Source of the DNA: Lama glama
Lineage: Eukaryota
NCBI GenBank assembly: GCA_028534125.1
Contig: CM052816.1
Location: forward strand, 13,578,001-13,642,000
DNA: 64,000 bases
Direction of reading: 5' to 3'
The notes below the pieces were generated by a model that was not told the DNA's origin, ran no database searches, and saw only the letters and a list, made by a program, of their open reading frames with translations. Both the position numbers and the translations under genes were made by a program. Positions 26,501 to 39,203 of the stretch are shown in pieces (position 1 is the first letter of the stretch; each line of letters starts with the position of its first letter).

Positions 26501-27040
26501 CACTAAAGTGGACAACTTTTCTCATTAAGCTTAGTCTTTTTAGGTACCAAAACATTAAACATTTTTTTGGACAGGAATTTCCACATTACATCATAGATTT
26601 TTCTCTTCTTAAACTGAGTATATGGAACTTAACTTTTTCCTGTTGACTTGGGCTCAGTATCAGTTATTCTTTAGTGCTGTCATCCACGGGGAGGGCAGAG
26701 GTGTTTGAACCAAGACCACTGGGCTTTTGTAACCCAATTTCTTTCTTCTTCCTCTGCTACCAAAACTCAGTCTTGCTCCTTCAGGTTGTCCCAGCTGCCT
26801 TATGGGAAACAACCTCAGCTATGACCGTCAGGCCGTGCGTGACGTGACATTGCTTTTCCTATGGAATCAAGTGTCTGGATTTTGTGATAGTTATTGCTGC
26901 TTGGAGGCTATTTCCACCACTAGGCCATTGGACTACAAAGACAGATGAACCCTAAATACAGTTGCCTTTATTTCAAGGTTTATAAGAGTGTCACAGATGT
27001 CAGGGCTTGTCCAAAGGGTGGCCACCAGATAATTTGGATA

Positions 27041-27656
27041 AGGTAGTCAGAATTCCAAAGATGACTCCCCCAAGACTTCCATCCTGTGGTTATTCAAATG
27101 CTAGCCTAGGTACTAATGAAGGGGTTTTGCCAATTAAAGCCTCAAGTCAGCTGACCTTAAGATACAGAGATTATCTGGATGGACTTAATCTAATCACACA
27201 AGTCCTTTCAAAGCCAAGAGTATTCTCAGGCTGGTAGCAAAAGAAGAAGTCAGAAAGACTGAGAGCATAGGAAGCCTTCCGCGTGCTGCTGATGGCTTGA
27301 AGACGGAGGAAACCATGTGAGGAGGAGCTGGGGCTGCCTCAAGAGGCTGTCATCCACGGGGGAGGGCGGAGGTGTCTGAAGGTGTGGGCCCCGGCTGACG
27401 GCAAGCTGAGAATTGTGGACTCGGGTCCTACAAACACAAGAAACTGAATTCGTCCCATCACGGAAAGAAGTCAGGAAGAGGACCCCGAATCCAGGTAAGA
27501 CAACCAGCCGACACTTTGATTTCAGCCTGAGCAGCGAACCGAGACACACCACGCTGGATTTTCTGAGCTACAGGACCAGGAGCTGATAAGTAGGGGGTTA
27601 TTTTAAGCTACTTGGTTTGTGGTGATTTGTTACACAGCAATAGAAAATTCACATAC
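27041..27656 (+). mobile_element. MLT1E-like MaLR solo LTR
   Basis: Starts ggtagtcagaattccaaagatgactcccccaaga, includes tcagctgaccttaagatacagagattatctggatggacttaatctaatcaca, and ends tttgtggtgatttgttacacagcaatagaaaattcacata. Confidence 0.85.
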
Positions 27657-28662
27657 TGGGTGAAGCGGGTGTCCAGTCAGTCAAGTAATCATAAAGCGAA
27701 TGAATAAATGAGCTTTTGTGATACCACTCCCACAAAAGTCTACGTAAGAGCGGAGCCCAATGATGGGAACACACCATGCAGAGCCAGCAGCCCTGGGTTC
27801 CAGCCTTGGCGCCGCCCCAGGTAACCATGGGATTCAACAGGGAACTCCCTTTCCTTCTCAACCTTTCTTCTTCTCTAAATAAGAGGCTGATGGTTAACAT
27901 CTCTTCCAGCTGCGACATTCTGTGAGATTAATCATTTCTGATTACATCAGAAAAGTCTACTGAAAACAAACATGCGTGTTTTTCTTTATCTGTTTTATTT
28001 TCCAATGTTGCTCATCTTTCCCTGCACACTAGTGTACCCGTGTCTCGGGGTCGCAGTATTTAAGGAAGGTTGCAGAACAAAAATCTACCAGTACTGTTAG
28101 TTTTAAATATATTCAATACATAATCGCTGCATTTATTTTTAGCTCTGGTTATAATAGCACCTCAGAGGCTTTTCAATCTTGTAGTTAACTAAATATTTAG
28201 GCAGTTAACACGGCTTATCGTTGCGTAAAAGCTGAGTCAACACAATCCTAACACTTATTTAAAACACAATCTAGGTTCCAAATTAGGGATGGGGGGAGGG
28301 AAGGCTATATATCTAAACACATGACTTAGAGCCTGAAAAATGTTCCTTGAATCAAAAAAAAAAAATGACTGTACATGTTTGGGGGCCTCTGTTCAAATTC
28401 TGGTATCTATCCTTCAAATTTTTCACTACTGATTTGTTTTTTAAAACAAACAGAGAGAAGGGCCCTTACACACATTCCCGTCTGTTATTTCAAATGTGCT
28501 CCTGTTAAGTTAAAGTTGCAAGTCATTCTTCACCGACACATGATGAAATAAAAACCTCTCTAGAAAAGCTATGCGGAGCTTATGCCGCAGTTCAAGTACT
28601 TTTCCAGATTGGAAAAGTGAGCATGTGATAATGAGATAATGTGTGAAAGTGGGAGGAATTGT

Positions 28663-28750
28663 GGGGAGAAGGCACAGAGAGGGAGGGGGGAGCGAGGGAG
28701 GGGGAGAAGGCACAGAGAGGGAGGGGGAGGGGGAGGGAGGGAAGGGGAGA
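28663..28750 (+). repeat. G-rich purine tract with a 27-bp direct repeat
   Basis: ggggagaaggcacagagagggaggggg at 28663-28689 and 28701-28727, with many G3+ runs. Confidence 0.85.
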
Positions 28751-30465
28751 GAGAGGTTTGCAGCGTTTGGAGAGGGACAAGCTTCCTAAGAAGTTCAATT
28801 GCTAAATTCTCTGCGCCTCAAGCTGAACTCTGAGCCATCGCAAAAGAGTGCTGGAGTACTTCCTAGAAAAAGCAGGGTGTACTGTGATAAACAAAGGTAC
28901 TTCCCAACACGGGGCAGCAGGGGACAAGAACAGTGCAGCACAGAAATCCAGATCCAACCAGAAAAGACACTCTTCTTTGTGACAGGGACCTGCCTGTCGT
29001 GCCTGAGTTGCGTGCATGGATCAGAAAGAGGGCTTCTTTATCACAGGAGAATTGGTACAAAGCCAAAGCCACAAGGTGAATATTCGTAACATGAGGACTA
29101 ACATTTTATGATCAAATGGTGGTCTTAGTTGGGGGTGAGGAGGCTGATTAGAACGTTAACTAGAAAAATGAAGTAACATATGATCAAAATAGGGTTCCTT
29201 TAAATAAGACATAAGTTCCTATTTCAACCTGTGCACAAAATCTTCATAGACTAAGTGCTGGTGAAAAACAGAACTTTTCCTACAAGATTTTACGATAATG
29301 CTGTAAGAGAGTCTTTAAGTTCGACCTTAACTGAACAATAACAAAAGACAGTCATTTGTGTATTTAAGGGCCTCATCAATTTTCCCAAGGTCCATTCTTA
29401 ATCCCTCCATTCAAATCATTCTTCTCTCACGTGTCTATTAAGTTGTGACCCTCACGTGTTTTCTCTTCATCAATTGCTAAGGGGTCTACCGCCCCCGGGT
29501 CCTCCTCTGTCCACGACCAGGCACACGATTCAAGGTCTCTAACACCACTTTTGTGGACTTCATAAAGTCCTGCGGCCTTTGCAAGATTTACAGTTTCTCT
29601 GTGCCCTGCTATCTGCCATTCCGAGCGAGACCCGGTCACAGACAAGATGTCTCAAAATAAATGAAAGTATTCTGAGAGGAGGACAACTGGTTTAAGTGGT
29701 GACTAATGTTATTAGCGGTCTGTCATCAGTTCATGTTTTCAATGAATCATAGCCTCTGCTTCCCTAGGTAAGCTCCTAACTTCCAGGACTCAGACAACGA
29801 AAACATAGAAAAACAAGGACCCCGACCCCCATAATTAGGCTTGAAGCCACACATAGCTTCATCATGCAGTGTGGGTTTAAGCCTTCTCAATTAATCCTCG
29901 GTTGTCTTCTAAGTGCAAGAAGCCCTCCAGGGATTCTTCTAAAGAAATAACTGGGCTGGCTGGATTCCACTCACCGCCACGGCCAGGATTCTGGCATCTC
30001 GAGTGAGCGAAAGCCAAGTTAGCACAGCGAGCTGCACGAGGCTCCGCTCCCAGCGAGCTCCATGCTGCATGGCGACAGCGCGAGGCGTGTCCTGGCCGGA
30101 GAGGCAGGCTCCAGGGAGAACAGCCTCTGGACATGGTCATCGCCACAGCCATTCTCCCTGTGAGGGGCCTGCAGGGTTCTCAGTGTTAATAACCCAAACA
30201 AGGTTCCTGATATAAAACATGGCGAGATGTTGTCTTTGGTCACTCCCTACAGAGCTTCCCGGACAGCATCAAACAAGGGCAGGCTGTGCTGCCACGCTCG
30301 ATGCCGGAGATTTGTAACCTGGGTCGACATGGAGGACCCCATCCCCCTGTAAATGTGTATTCACTGGACTGTTCACACAGTCTCTCCTCTCCTTCTCCCC
30401 CAAAACCCTCCACCCTACGTAATTTTCCTCCAGGCCAATCACAGTACATCACTAAGATTTTACAT

Positions 30466-30610
30466 GTATCGTATCTACTTGACTCTAAACACTTTTTTCC
30501 CTGAAATTGGAATGTGTCTCGTAATCCTTGTTTATATTTAATCAAATATTTCTGTCTTGCTTGCCAAAAAGTGATTATTAAATTAGATAGCGTGCCTTTG
30601 AATTGATGTC
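30466..30610. mobile_element. MER104/Kanga-like TcMar-Tc2 remnant
   Basis: cgtatctacttgactctaaacacttttttc...ctgaaattggaatgtgtctcgtaatc resembles the recalled MER104 terminus. Confidence 0.4.
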
Positions 30611-32811
30611 ATTTAAGCCCTACAGGCATTAAGCCTAGATCACATAGATCAGTAAAAAGGCACACTGCGTGTTCCTAAGCAGACGGCAACGGAAAGCCAC
30701 AAAGCCTAAGGGCAGATACTTCAGCTTCCCCATGAAGACACAGGGTGGGCAGCAGAACACAGGAAACGCAGCTGAGCTGGTGTTCTGTCACCACTGGACG
30801 CCAGTCAAGTTTCAAGCACTTTTCCACCGTCTCCTGAGTGGACGAGGTCCCCAGGACTGTGCTATTGGAAAAAGTTACTGATCTAGGCAGGAGGACCTGG
30901 CAGGTTCCTGACAGGGAGGGTGTAGACATCCCAACGGGAAGAGGGTAGCCTGGACCGACAGGGGGGCTGAATGTGCTCAGGACAGAAGGAAAACAGAGAG
31001 CTGGAGGAAGAACAGGCCCAAATGAATGACTCCAGCAGGAAGGAGAGAGTAATTCATCAACTTGTTAGAAAACATATTACAACAAAGAGAAGAGGTAACC
31101 TCGGGAATTTTCAATTATAAGAACAAAGGGACTTTACCAGAAGCCAAGAGAGTGGATGTAGACACAGCCAAGACCACGACCACAGCAGCAGAGGAAAACA
31201 GCATAGCCTGACTGGAGCCCTAAATTGGGTGAATACGGTAATAAGCCCTCAGAAAGAAATTCCATTTATGGGGTGTAACAGTTCTCTATCTCCTAGGAAG
31301 AGTGCATGAACAGATCTTGACTACTGTCTAGCGGTCTTTAATAATCACCCTGAAGTCCAGATGCCCTTTCCAAAACAGGCCACAAAACTAGAACATGCAG
31401 TGTTTGCAAATCCCTTGTAAAAACCCCTTTGTTGAGACGCTTGCCCTGTCTCATCTATTAAAGGATGTGGCGGACCCATGCCCTTCAGTGGTCCAAAGGT
31501 TCTGCAGGAATCTCTTGTACCAGACTGAGACAGCTCTGTGGCCCCCTCCCAGGTGCACAGCTGAAGCTCACCTGCAGGTCACAGTGTCTTACAGGGAAGG
31601 AAAAAAAAAGAAAGACAGTAAAACTCTTTTGGCTGGTCTCTTGTCAACTGGTACTCTGTAAGTTCCACCTCATTACAATAAAAAAAAATGATACAACAGT
31701 TTTGTCCATATAAGATGAGCTGCCTTAAATTTGACAAGGCCTGAAATCCCGAACCAGCAAGACGCAGTGTCCTCCAGGGTCAGGATTTGAAGGGCTAGCC
31801 CGTTAGGGAGGAAACAGGTGGTGAAACCAGCAGGGCCTTGAAATAGTCTGTTGAAAGCTCCCAACTTATGAGAGATGAGGCTCTGAAGCTACAAAACCCC
31901 ACATCCATAAACATTTCGTGTACAGAGACTTTCCTGCTTGGAGGTTTTACAGACAAACAAGTGGTTCAGTTGAAAACAACTAACCACTGTAGCGCACAGT
32001 ACCGGGAAAGGCCCGACACGAGGAGGAAGAAGGGGGCTATTTAAGACACAGGGCAGGTGTCTAACCTGTTGGCTTTTTCCATCTCTCAACACCTGGAGAG
32101 TGACCTGGACATAGTTTATACCCAATACCTGTTCACTTAAGCGAATTCCAGAGGCTCAAAATTTTGAAGAGCAACTGACATCCTCTCATGCATCCGTGAA
32201 GGAGGGTGACAGTGGGACTCGCATGAGGGACACAGTGGGTGGTGCGGGGCACTCTGTTTGCCAAGCTCCACTGCGGCACAACTTCAGTGCACTGGCTGGG
32301 GCGAGGTGTTAAAAGCTAAAGGCGACATCCTCCTCCCTGTGCCATTCCGCTGCTGGTGTCTTAATGATAACAAACAAGCAAGTGCAGTAACAGCCAACTG
32401 CCAGTGGGAATGGGAGTCCAGCAGTGACTCAGCTCCCTCAGAGCAAGTACCTGCTTCTAGCTTTGAATAAGAGAAGAATGGCCCGTGGACAGAGTCAGGA
32501 TCCTTCCTCATTTTAATTAACTCTCCCCCTTTCTATCAGCAGCCGTCCCCACCTCACACCCCCACCTCCACTATGGAACCCAGGCTGTCCTTGGCCTCCA
32601 GGCACGCCACGACATCCATAGAGAACTGGGAAGAACGAGAAGGTCACTCCTGGCAAATGCAAAAACAGATCTCAATGCCTGTGACTCAGACAACAGAAAA
32701 ACACACCGCTAAAAGAAAGCCCCCGCCAGAGGCCTCTCTCACAGCTGAACGCTGGCAGCAGAGGTGGTGTGTGCCCCCTCTATAATGCAGGGACCAAGAG
32801 AGGAAATTACT

Positions 32812-33311
32812 CTGTTCTGGCGAGTTGAATGGTGGCCCATTCAGAACCTAGGAAGGTGACCTTACTTGCAAAAAGCGTTTTCATAGATGTAACTGAGAAA
32901 AGATCATCCTGTATGACTGAAACATTATGCTGTACGCCAGGAATGGACATAACATTGAGAACTGACTTTACTTTAAAAAAAAATCATCCTGGAGTCTCCA
33001 ATGGGCCCTGAATCCAACGACAAGTGTCATTATAAGGAACAGAGTTCTCAACACGGAGAAGAGGAGACCAAATGTGAAGAGAGAGGCAGGGACTGGAGGG
33101 AGGCGGCCACCAGCCAAGGAATGCCTGCGGCCACCAGAAGCAGTGAGAGCAAAGGCAGCGTTCTCCCCTGGGGCACTTGGAGCAAGCACAGCCCTGCTGA
33201 TACCTTGATTCAGGACTTCCGGCCTCCAAACCTGTGACAGAATGAATTTCCGTAACTGTAAGCCACCTGGTTCGTGGGCATTTGTTTCGGCAGCCCCAGG
33301 AAACTAGCACA
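32812..33311 (+). mobile_element. MLT1B/C-like MaLR solo LTR
   Basis: gttgaatggtggccc...gccaaggaatgcctgcggccaccagaagc...cagccctgctgataccttgattcaggacttccggcctcca...ttgtttcggcagccccaggaaactagcaca. Confidence 0.88.
32912..32982 (+). mobile_element. Extremely 5'-truncated L1 3' end nested in the MLT1 LTR
   Basis: tatgactgaaacattatgctgtacgccagg...aacattgagaactgactttactttaaaaaaaa resembles 14978-15050 of this window. TSD atcatcctg at 32903-32911 and 32983-32991. Confidence 0.88.
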
Positions 33312-35939
33312 CCTGCCCTACCCCCAGCTCATAGATTCCTCTTGTGGTGTGTTCATCTCCACCCCAGCACACGTAGAAAAACTATCGAAAGGAGCAGCCA
33401 GAGCAGCGTGGGGACTTCCTGAGGCAGGACACTCAGCCATTCCAGGTGGTCAGATGTTGACTCATTGATCAAAGTTAGATTCTTATCTCAGAGCTGGAAG
33501 GACCCCCTTAAGACTGATAAGACCCTGAAGACTGACATGCCTACCCCCCTGACAAGTCCCTCTTTTTTTCAGATGGGGTCATTAGCCTGAAAGGGGGCTA
33601 ACTTGCCCAAAGTCCACAGCTAGCTGGTGAGACTAGACCCCAGCCCAAATCCCAACTCGGTCCTCGTCCGGCTGCCCCGAGTGCTGCACACAGGTGCCGG
33701 GGCCCGAGAGCGCAGTGCGTGTGGGGACGCAGCGGGTGCCTCCCCTCTTCTCCCTTTACATGTCTCGCCTTCCTCAATGGTCTTCCAAAGACAATGACCA
33801 TTTTGAGAGAAAATCGAGTTCACACTTCCGAGATACCTACCACCCCAGAACGTCTTCACAAAAAGGCACCAAAGGAGTCATTTGGTCTTCAGGCAGGACA
33901 CGCTCTCCTAACAGACACTGTCCTTACCCAGGACCGACTCCATAGTCCTGAACCAGTGGTTCTTCTCTTCACGTGATTCATGTCGCCCTCTCTGTGGTCT
34001 TCTCTAATCTAAACAGGTCTCTATCATAACTCAGCCTAGGATACGTTCAGCTAAAGCAAATCAGATTCACAGACCTCATAACCATGAAGTTGACCTTCCT
34101 GGTCAATGACTCAGGCCAGCTGTTAATGCCGGGAACACCGCACTTGGATAACAATAATGAAACCAAAGAAGTAACATGCAGGAAAAAAAGGATCACTTTT
34201 AAGGTGTCTGATTGGAATGGGGGATAGAAACTGAAAGGGACAGAGTTGTTCAGGAGAAAGGAAATGCAGTGTTGACTCTACCTTCCTTGCAAGCAAAACT
34301 TTTTAAAGCTACCCAAGAAGTTAAAAGGGAAAAAGGAAAAGAAATCACACTGCTGCTCTGAGTTTAACCGTTAACTGCGGCAGTCACAAAAGGGAAAATA
34401 CAAGCAGTAAGTAAAAAAGGAAAAGGAAAAAACTAAAAAAAAAAAAAAAAAAAGGAAAATACAAGCAGGTAAGTATCATCGGTATCAATCAGACACAGAA
34501 GCCTAATGGCAAGACTGAAAACAACCCCTAGCTGTGTGTTCCGCCTCCCCCTCTGCCTCCAGCCCTCCGACACCCTTCTCTCCCCCACCCCTCCCTCCCT
34601 CTGCGTCTCTCTCTCACACGAACGCGCACACACTCACTCGCTCTTCAAAGTCTGCCCCTTGGATAACTCATCTATGAAAGAAATGTGGTTATGCTTGATG
34701 TCTGGGCAAGCTTAAAGTGCGGGCAGACAGCAGACAGATGCACGAAGCAGTAAAGCCTTCCAAAGCCTCCTTCGTGGACCGAGACCAAAGAACATGCCAT
34801 TATGCTCCACTACTAAGACGAGAGAGCCTTCCCCCAAATATTTATTCTCGTGAAACAGTCAGGTCCACATGAAATGACCCAGAGGCAGTGGGCCACAGTG
34901 CTCTGACAAACTAAGAAACGCTATGAGCTTTTCTCCTGAGCACGCCCATGCACAGACACCTTGCACCCCACTTCAGAGGGCTCACACACATCACCACTAG
35001 GCCCCTCCTCAAGTCCATCCTTGGATCCCACCGTGAGAAGCTTTTGCTCACCAATCAGTGGAAGTGATTCAAGTTCCAGCTACCTCCTTCCCTCCTCACC
35101 CTTCACACTCGCCTTCTGTGTCTAATTCCTCTTCTTGCACCAGTCCTCTGTGGACTGTGACGAGTGCACAGACCACGTCAACTACATGGTGGCTGGAGTT
35201 CAGAACAATCTACAGAACAGTCTTGAACCCAGTAAGGACACTGATTGACACACCTACCCAAAGAAATAGCCCGCCTTCCAGGTAAAACTGATTCTGACGG
35301 GGGTGATAATGGACCTAACCACACAGCAGTAGAAGCACGAAACTCACTGCAATGAGATCTCAGGGCTAAAGAGATGACAGCAGATGTCTTACTGATAACA
35401 GCTCTGGTCCTGAGCCTGTTCACAGGGAAGAACGTATTAATCACTTGGTCTCTGAGCCCTTTGAAACAGAGACTGGACAGGATTACATCCTCAGTAGTGC
35501 CACGATCTTGTCTGCCAAGATACTTCAACGGTGCCTGGAAATTAAACTATAAAACTTCAGTAAGACATTTCTATGCTTGCTTAATGTACCGTTGTCATAA
35601 ATTAACAAAACTGGCCTGACAATTTCAGAATCACATTTCCCTCCAATTTTTAGCCCAAAGGTTTTTTTTCAGTAGTACTATTTTTGATTTCTTGCTTTGT
35701 ATCCTCTTCCCAATTCTGCTCCAAAAAATAAATACATAAAATACATCATACTTGGGTTTTTCTAAATCATTACAGTTCCACTGACTATAACTAACCCAAA
35801 AGGCAGCCAGCATAGATCTTGCAAGTCTTTAGACAATGATGTAATACACATGCAGGCGTATGTACAATCTTAAAGTCTCTGGAATTCACTCTGAAGTGGA
35901 CAGCTAATCCTTGCAGAACTGATGTGGGACAATGTGTTA

Positions 35940-36095
35940 TCTTCTCTAGTGCTGTAAGTACTATTCTTCTCCCCAGTTTACAGCTGGGTAAACTGAGGCT
36001 CAGAGATGTTAGGTAAGTTGCTCAAGGGTCCACACTAAAATCAGGATTCAAACTCAGGTTGGCTGACTCCAAAGCCATGCACTTAACCCTTTTCC
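35940..36095 (-). mobile_element. MIR SINE
   Basis: ccccagtttacagctgggtaaactgaggctcagagatgttaggtaagttgctcaagg...ggattcaaactcagg...tgactccaaagcc. Confidence 0.85.
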
Positions 36096-36683
36096 TACCA
36101 CCAGTGAATTTAACTAGGACCACAGGAATCCACCTGCACACAGTGAAACCCATTTGTGGAATTAGAATATTTATTATAATTGTCTCCTATTGAATTGCAG
36201 AGCTTCACAACTTACCATTCAATTTGGAAAAAATTACTAAAAATGTACAAAGTTTGTCAGATTAATTTTAGTGCATGGTAGTATTTAATGTAGTTGTCTT
36301 TCCTTAAGCATCTGGATTTTCTTTATCAAAATAAAATTTATTATACTGGTCAACCTCTCTATTATACCTCATCTCTGCAGGTGTGAGGGTGCACATGCAC
36401 ACACATGCATATGTGTAGACAGACCCACTTTTTTCTTAGGGTAGGTTTTTTACATTCTACATAACGGGCTAAAGTAAAGAATCGTCTCAGGGAATGGAAG
36501 GCTGACTGAGATCACCCCTTACCTAGTGCTCTCAGCTGCTTCAGCATGGCCACAAGGATGCTGGCGGTCACAGGTTCTCACACAACATGGCAATCTGCCC
36601 ACCAGAAACCAGAGCTCCAAGCGTAATTACGCACTTTCCACAAATTCAAGGAAAGCTGGCAGTTGGCAAGAAATTAAGATAAA

Positions 36684-36790
36684 TATACACACAAACACAC
36701 ACATATATAATACACATACACCAGTATATGTATATAGTATTATTATTATACATATATATACGTATATATGTGTATATATATACACACACA
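36684..36790 (+). repeat. Compound (CA)/(TA) low-complexity microsatellite
   Basis: atacacacaaacacacacatatataatacac...catatatatacgtatatatgtgtatatatacacacaca. Confidence 0.85.
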
Positions 36791-38909
36791 GAGACGGCCT
36801 AACTTTATTGTTAGTGCTACAGACAAACAATACACAACAGTTTGAAGATTACAAACTTCTCAACCAATTCCAGATCCTTGGTCTCTAATGAGCCTTCTCA
36901 CTTGAGACTTTCTCTGGTTCAGTACATTGGTTTCTGCCACATACCAAGAATCACTAAGAAATGGAGAAGAAATCCTGAGCAGTGTGGAAGGAAATGTAGG
37001 TAAGTTCAAAGCCGGTGGCTAAAAAGAGAAACACACCCCTGGGTGTTCTTTTTTTCATTCATTCATTTATTCAAAGAAGTATTTATCTAACGTGGATGCT
37101 CAGTCAATATGCTCCACGTTCTTGGTCTGGGGCTCATCTCATGCTAGGGGTGTGATGAAGAACAAGAAAGTCAAGACAGATCTCTACTGACAGTGGCCCA
37201 ATCATGACCAGAACCCAAGGCACTCAACACATGAACTCAACTGTAGAGTACATAACAGAACCAGCTCAACTCACTGCCCTCAAGTCAATTCAATGACTCA
37301 TGAGTGCTTATTAGGCAATCCAACCACGAAGCCCCATAGGTAAATAATTTTAAAGACAGAAAGATGATTAATCTCTGCCCTCAGTAAGTCGACATCTTCC
37401 TAGGATGACAGCACACAGAGATACAGACTAGGTGCAGAAATTGCCAAAGCCAGGTATCATTATCCATCCAGACGTCTGGCAGAGCCAACGCCACTAGGAG
37501 AAAGATGGCACTTATTTCTGCAAAGCAGTTCCAAGAGGTAAAGTCAAAAAGTACTCCAATGTATTTCAATACTAGGCACTCCCTCCCCTCAAAATGAAAA
37601 AAACAAAACCAAAAAAATCCACAACTATTTACTCTAAGAATGTTGATGATTTCCTTAGCCTGGCTCAAGAAAAGCTCTTTTAAGATTTATGGTACAAACA
37701 AAACTAATTAGCAGTGATTAATTATCAGAGGGCATATTACTAATCAGAGGAACTTCAGCTCACTTTCTGGTTCCCCTCAACCCCTTCCCTTATTTGCATT
37801 TAAAGCTAGAGGTAAAGATCGGGGAAGCTCACTTTTCTGGGCCCTGGGTCAAGACCACACAGCACGCAGGAGCCATGGCCGCTGGCTGGGGGCTGGCCAG
37901 GGCCGCGCCCCTTCTGCTCGGCCTTTGGCTGTAACCACTAGACCACACGTTTGTACTATTTTCCCGATGACCAAAAGGAAAGATTTATATAACCATACTA
38001 GAAAATGGCTTGTTTATATGTTCTGGTGTTTTCTTCCAGAATCATGGGCCAGGATATTTGGGAACACACTTAAAAATAATGTGGTCACAATGGTACCATG
38101 ATCCTTCCTAACTTGACCATGCTGGAGCCCAGTTTAGCAAACCTCCCCCTCAAAACATCTTCCAAAATGCTATCATGTTCCACACCTCACCACAAAGCAA
38201 ACAACCAAATTCACAGACTTCCTAATATTCAAAATATCTATAAAATAGCTGTCCATATACTTTTTAAAATACCATCCTTGACTTACATCACTAACAAATA
38301 TGACCACTTTCTGGCTTTTAGGGTATAAGAGAAAGCTGCAGAAAGGGACATAAGAGCTGTTCCATCATTCTTCAAATGAACAAAGTCACTGGGAAAAGAT
38401 CTTTTTATCGACTGCCTTTTCTGCAGAAGAAAGAAAAATTGAAGCTAGTCCAACCACAATCTCTCCTCCCGTGAATCATGGCCAGAACACGTCACAGAGA
38501 GCCGACAGTAATGGTGCTGCTGCTTGGGGTGGAGGTCACGCTACGGAATGTCTATTAAGATCACATTATGGCCTCAATGTCTTTCAACCGACAACTACAA
38601 TATAGATAAAGAAGCATAGTAAACTGCACAAGGAGGACTACATGATGTGAGCCGACGGGGTAGAAGACAAAATATTCAAAAGAAATAAACGTATTGTAAG
38701 AAAACCTACAAAATGAGATGGACTATAAATCAGAGAACTTTTGGAAGATGATAGGAATCTAAGTAAAAGTTACCAATTATTACCTAGGTGAAGAGGGGAC
38801 ATTGACAACAGTCCCGAAATCCACCCCAAGATGGGAACAGAGACGGGATGATGTCCTGATTGCAACGATCTGGACATCTGCTGCCAGTAATGTTCCTTTA
38901 GAAAGCCAA

Positions 38910-39203
38910 GCCTCTTAACTGTTCCAGGTTAAACAAAACTAAGGAGATGTGACAACTAAATGCAATGAGGAATCCTGGATCAGAAAAAAATAAGTGAGTG
39001 GGACAACTGGCAAAATTTGCAATCTGTAAAATAAAGAACAATACTGTATCAGTGTTAATTCCCTGGTTTGACGAATGTGCTGTAGTTCTGGATGATGTAA
39101 CATTTGGGATATCTGGGTAAAGGGTACTCTAGAATTCTTTGTACTATTTTTGTGACATTTTTATAACTGTGAAATGATTTCAAAATGAAAAGTTAAAAAA
39201 AAG
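38910..39203 (+). mobile_element. L1MC/ME-like 3' end
   Basis: gagatgtgacaactaaatgcaatg...atcctggatcagaaaa...tactgtatcagtgttaattccctg...gtactatttttg...atttcaaaatgaaaagttaaaaaaaa. Confidence 0.8.
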
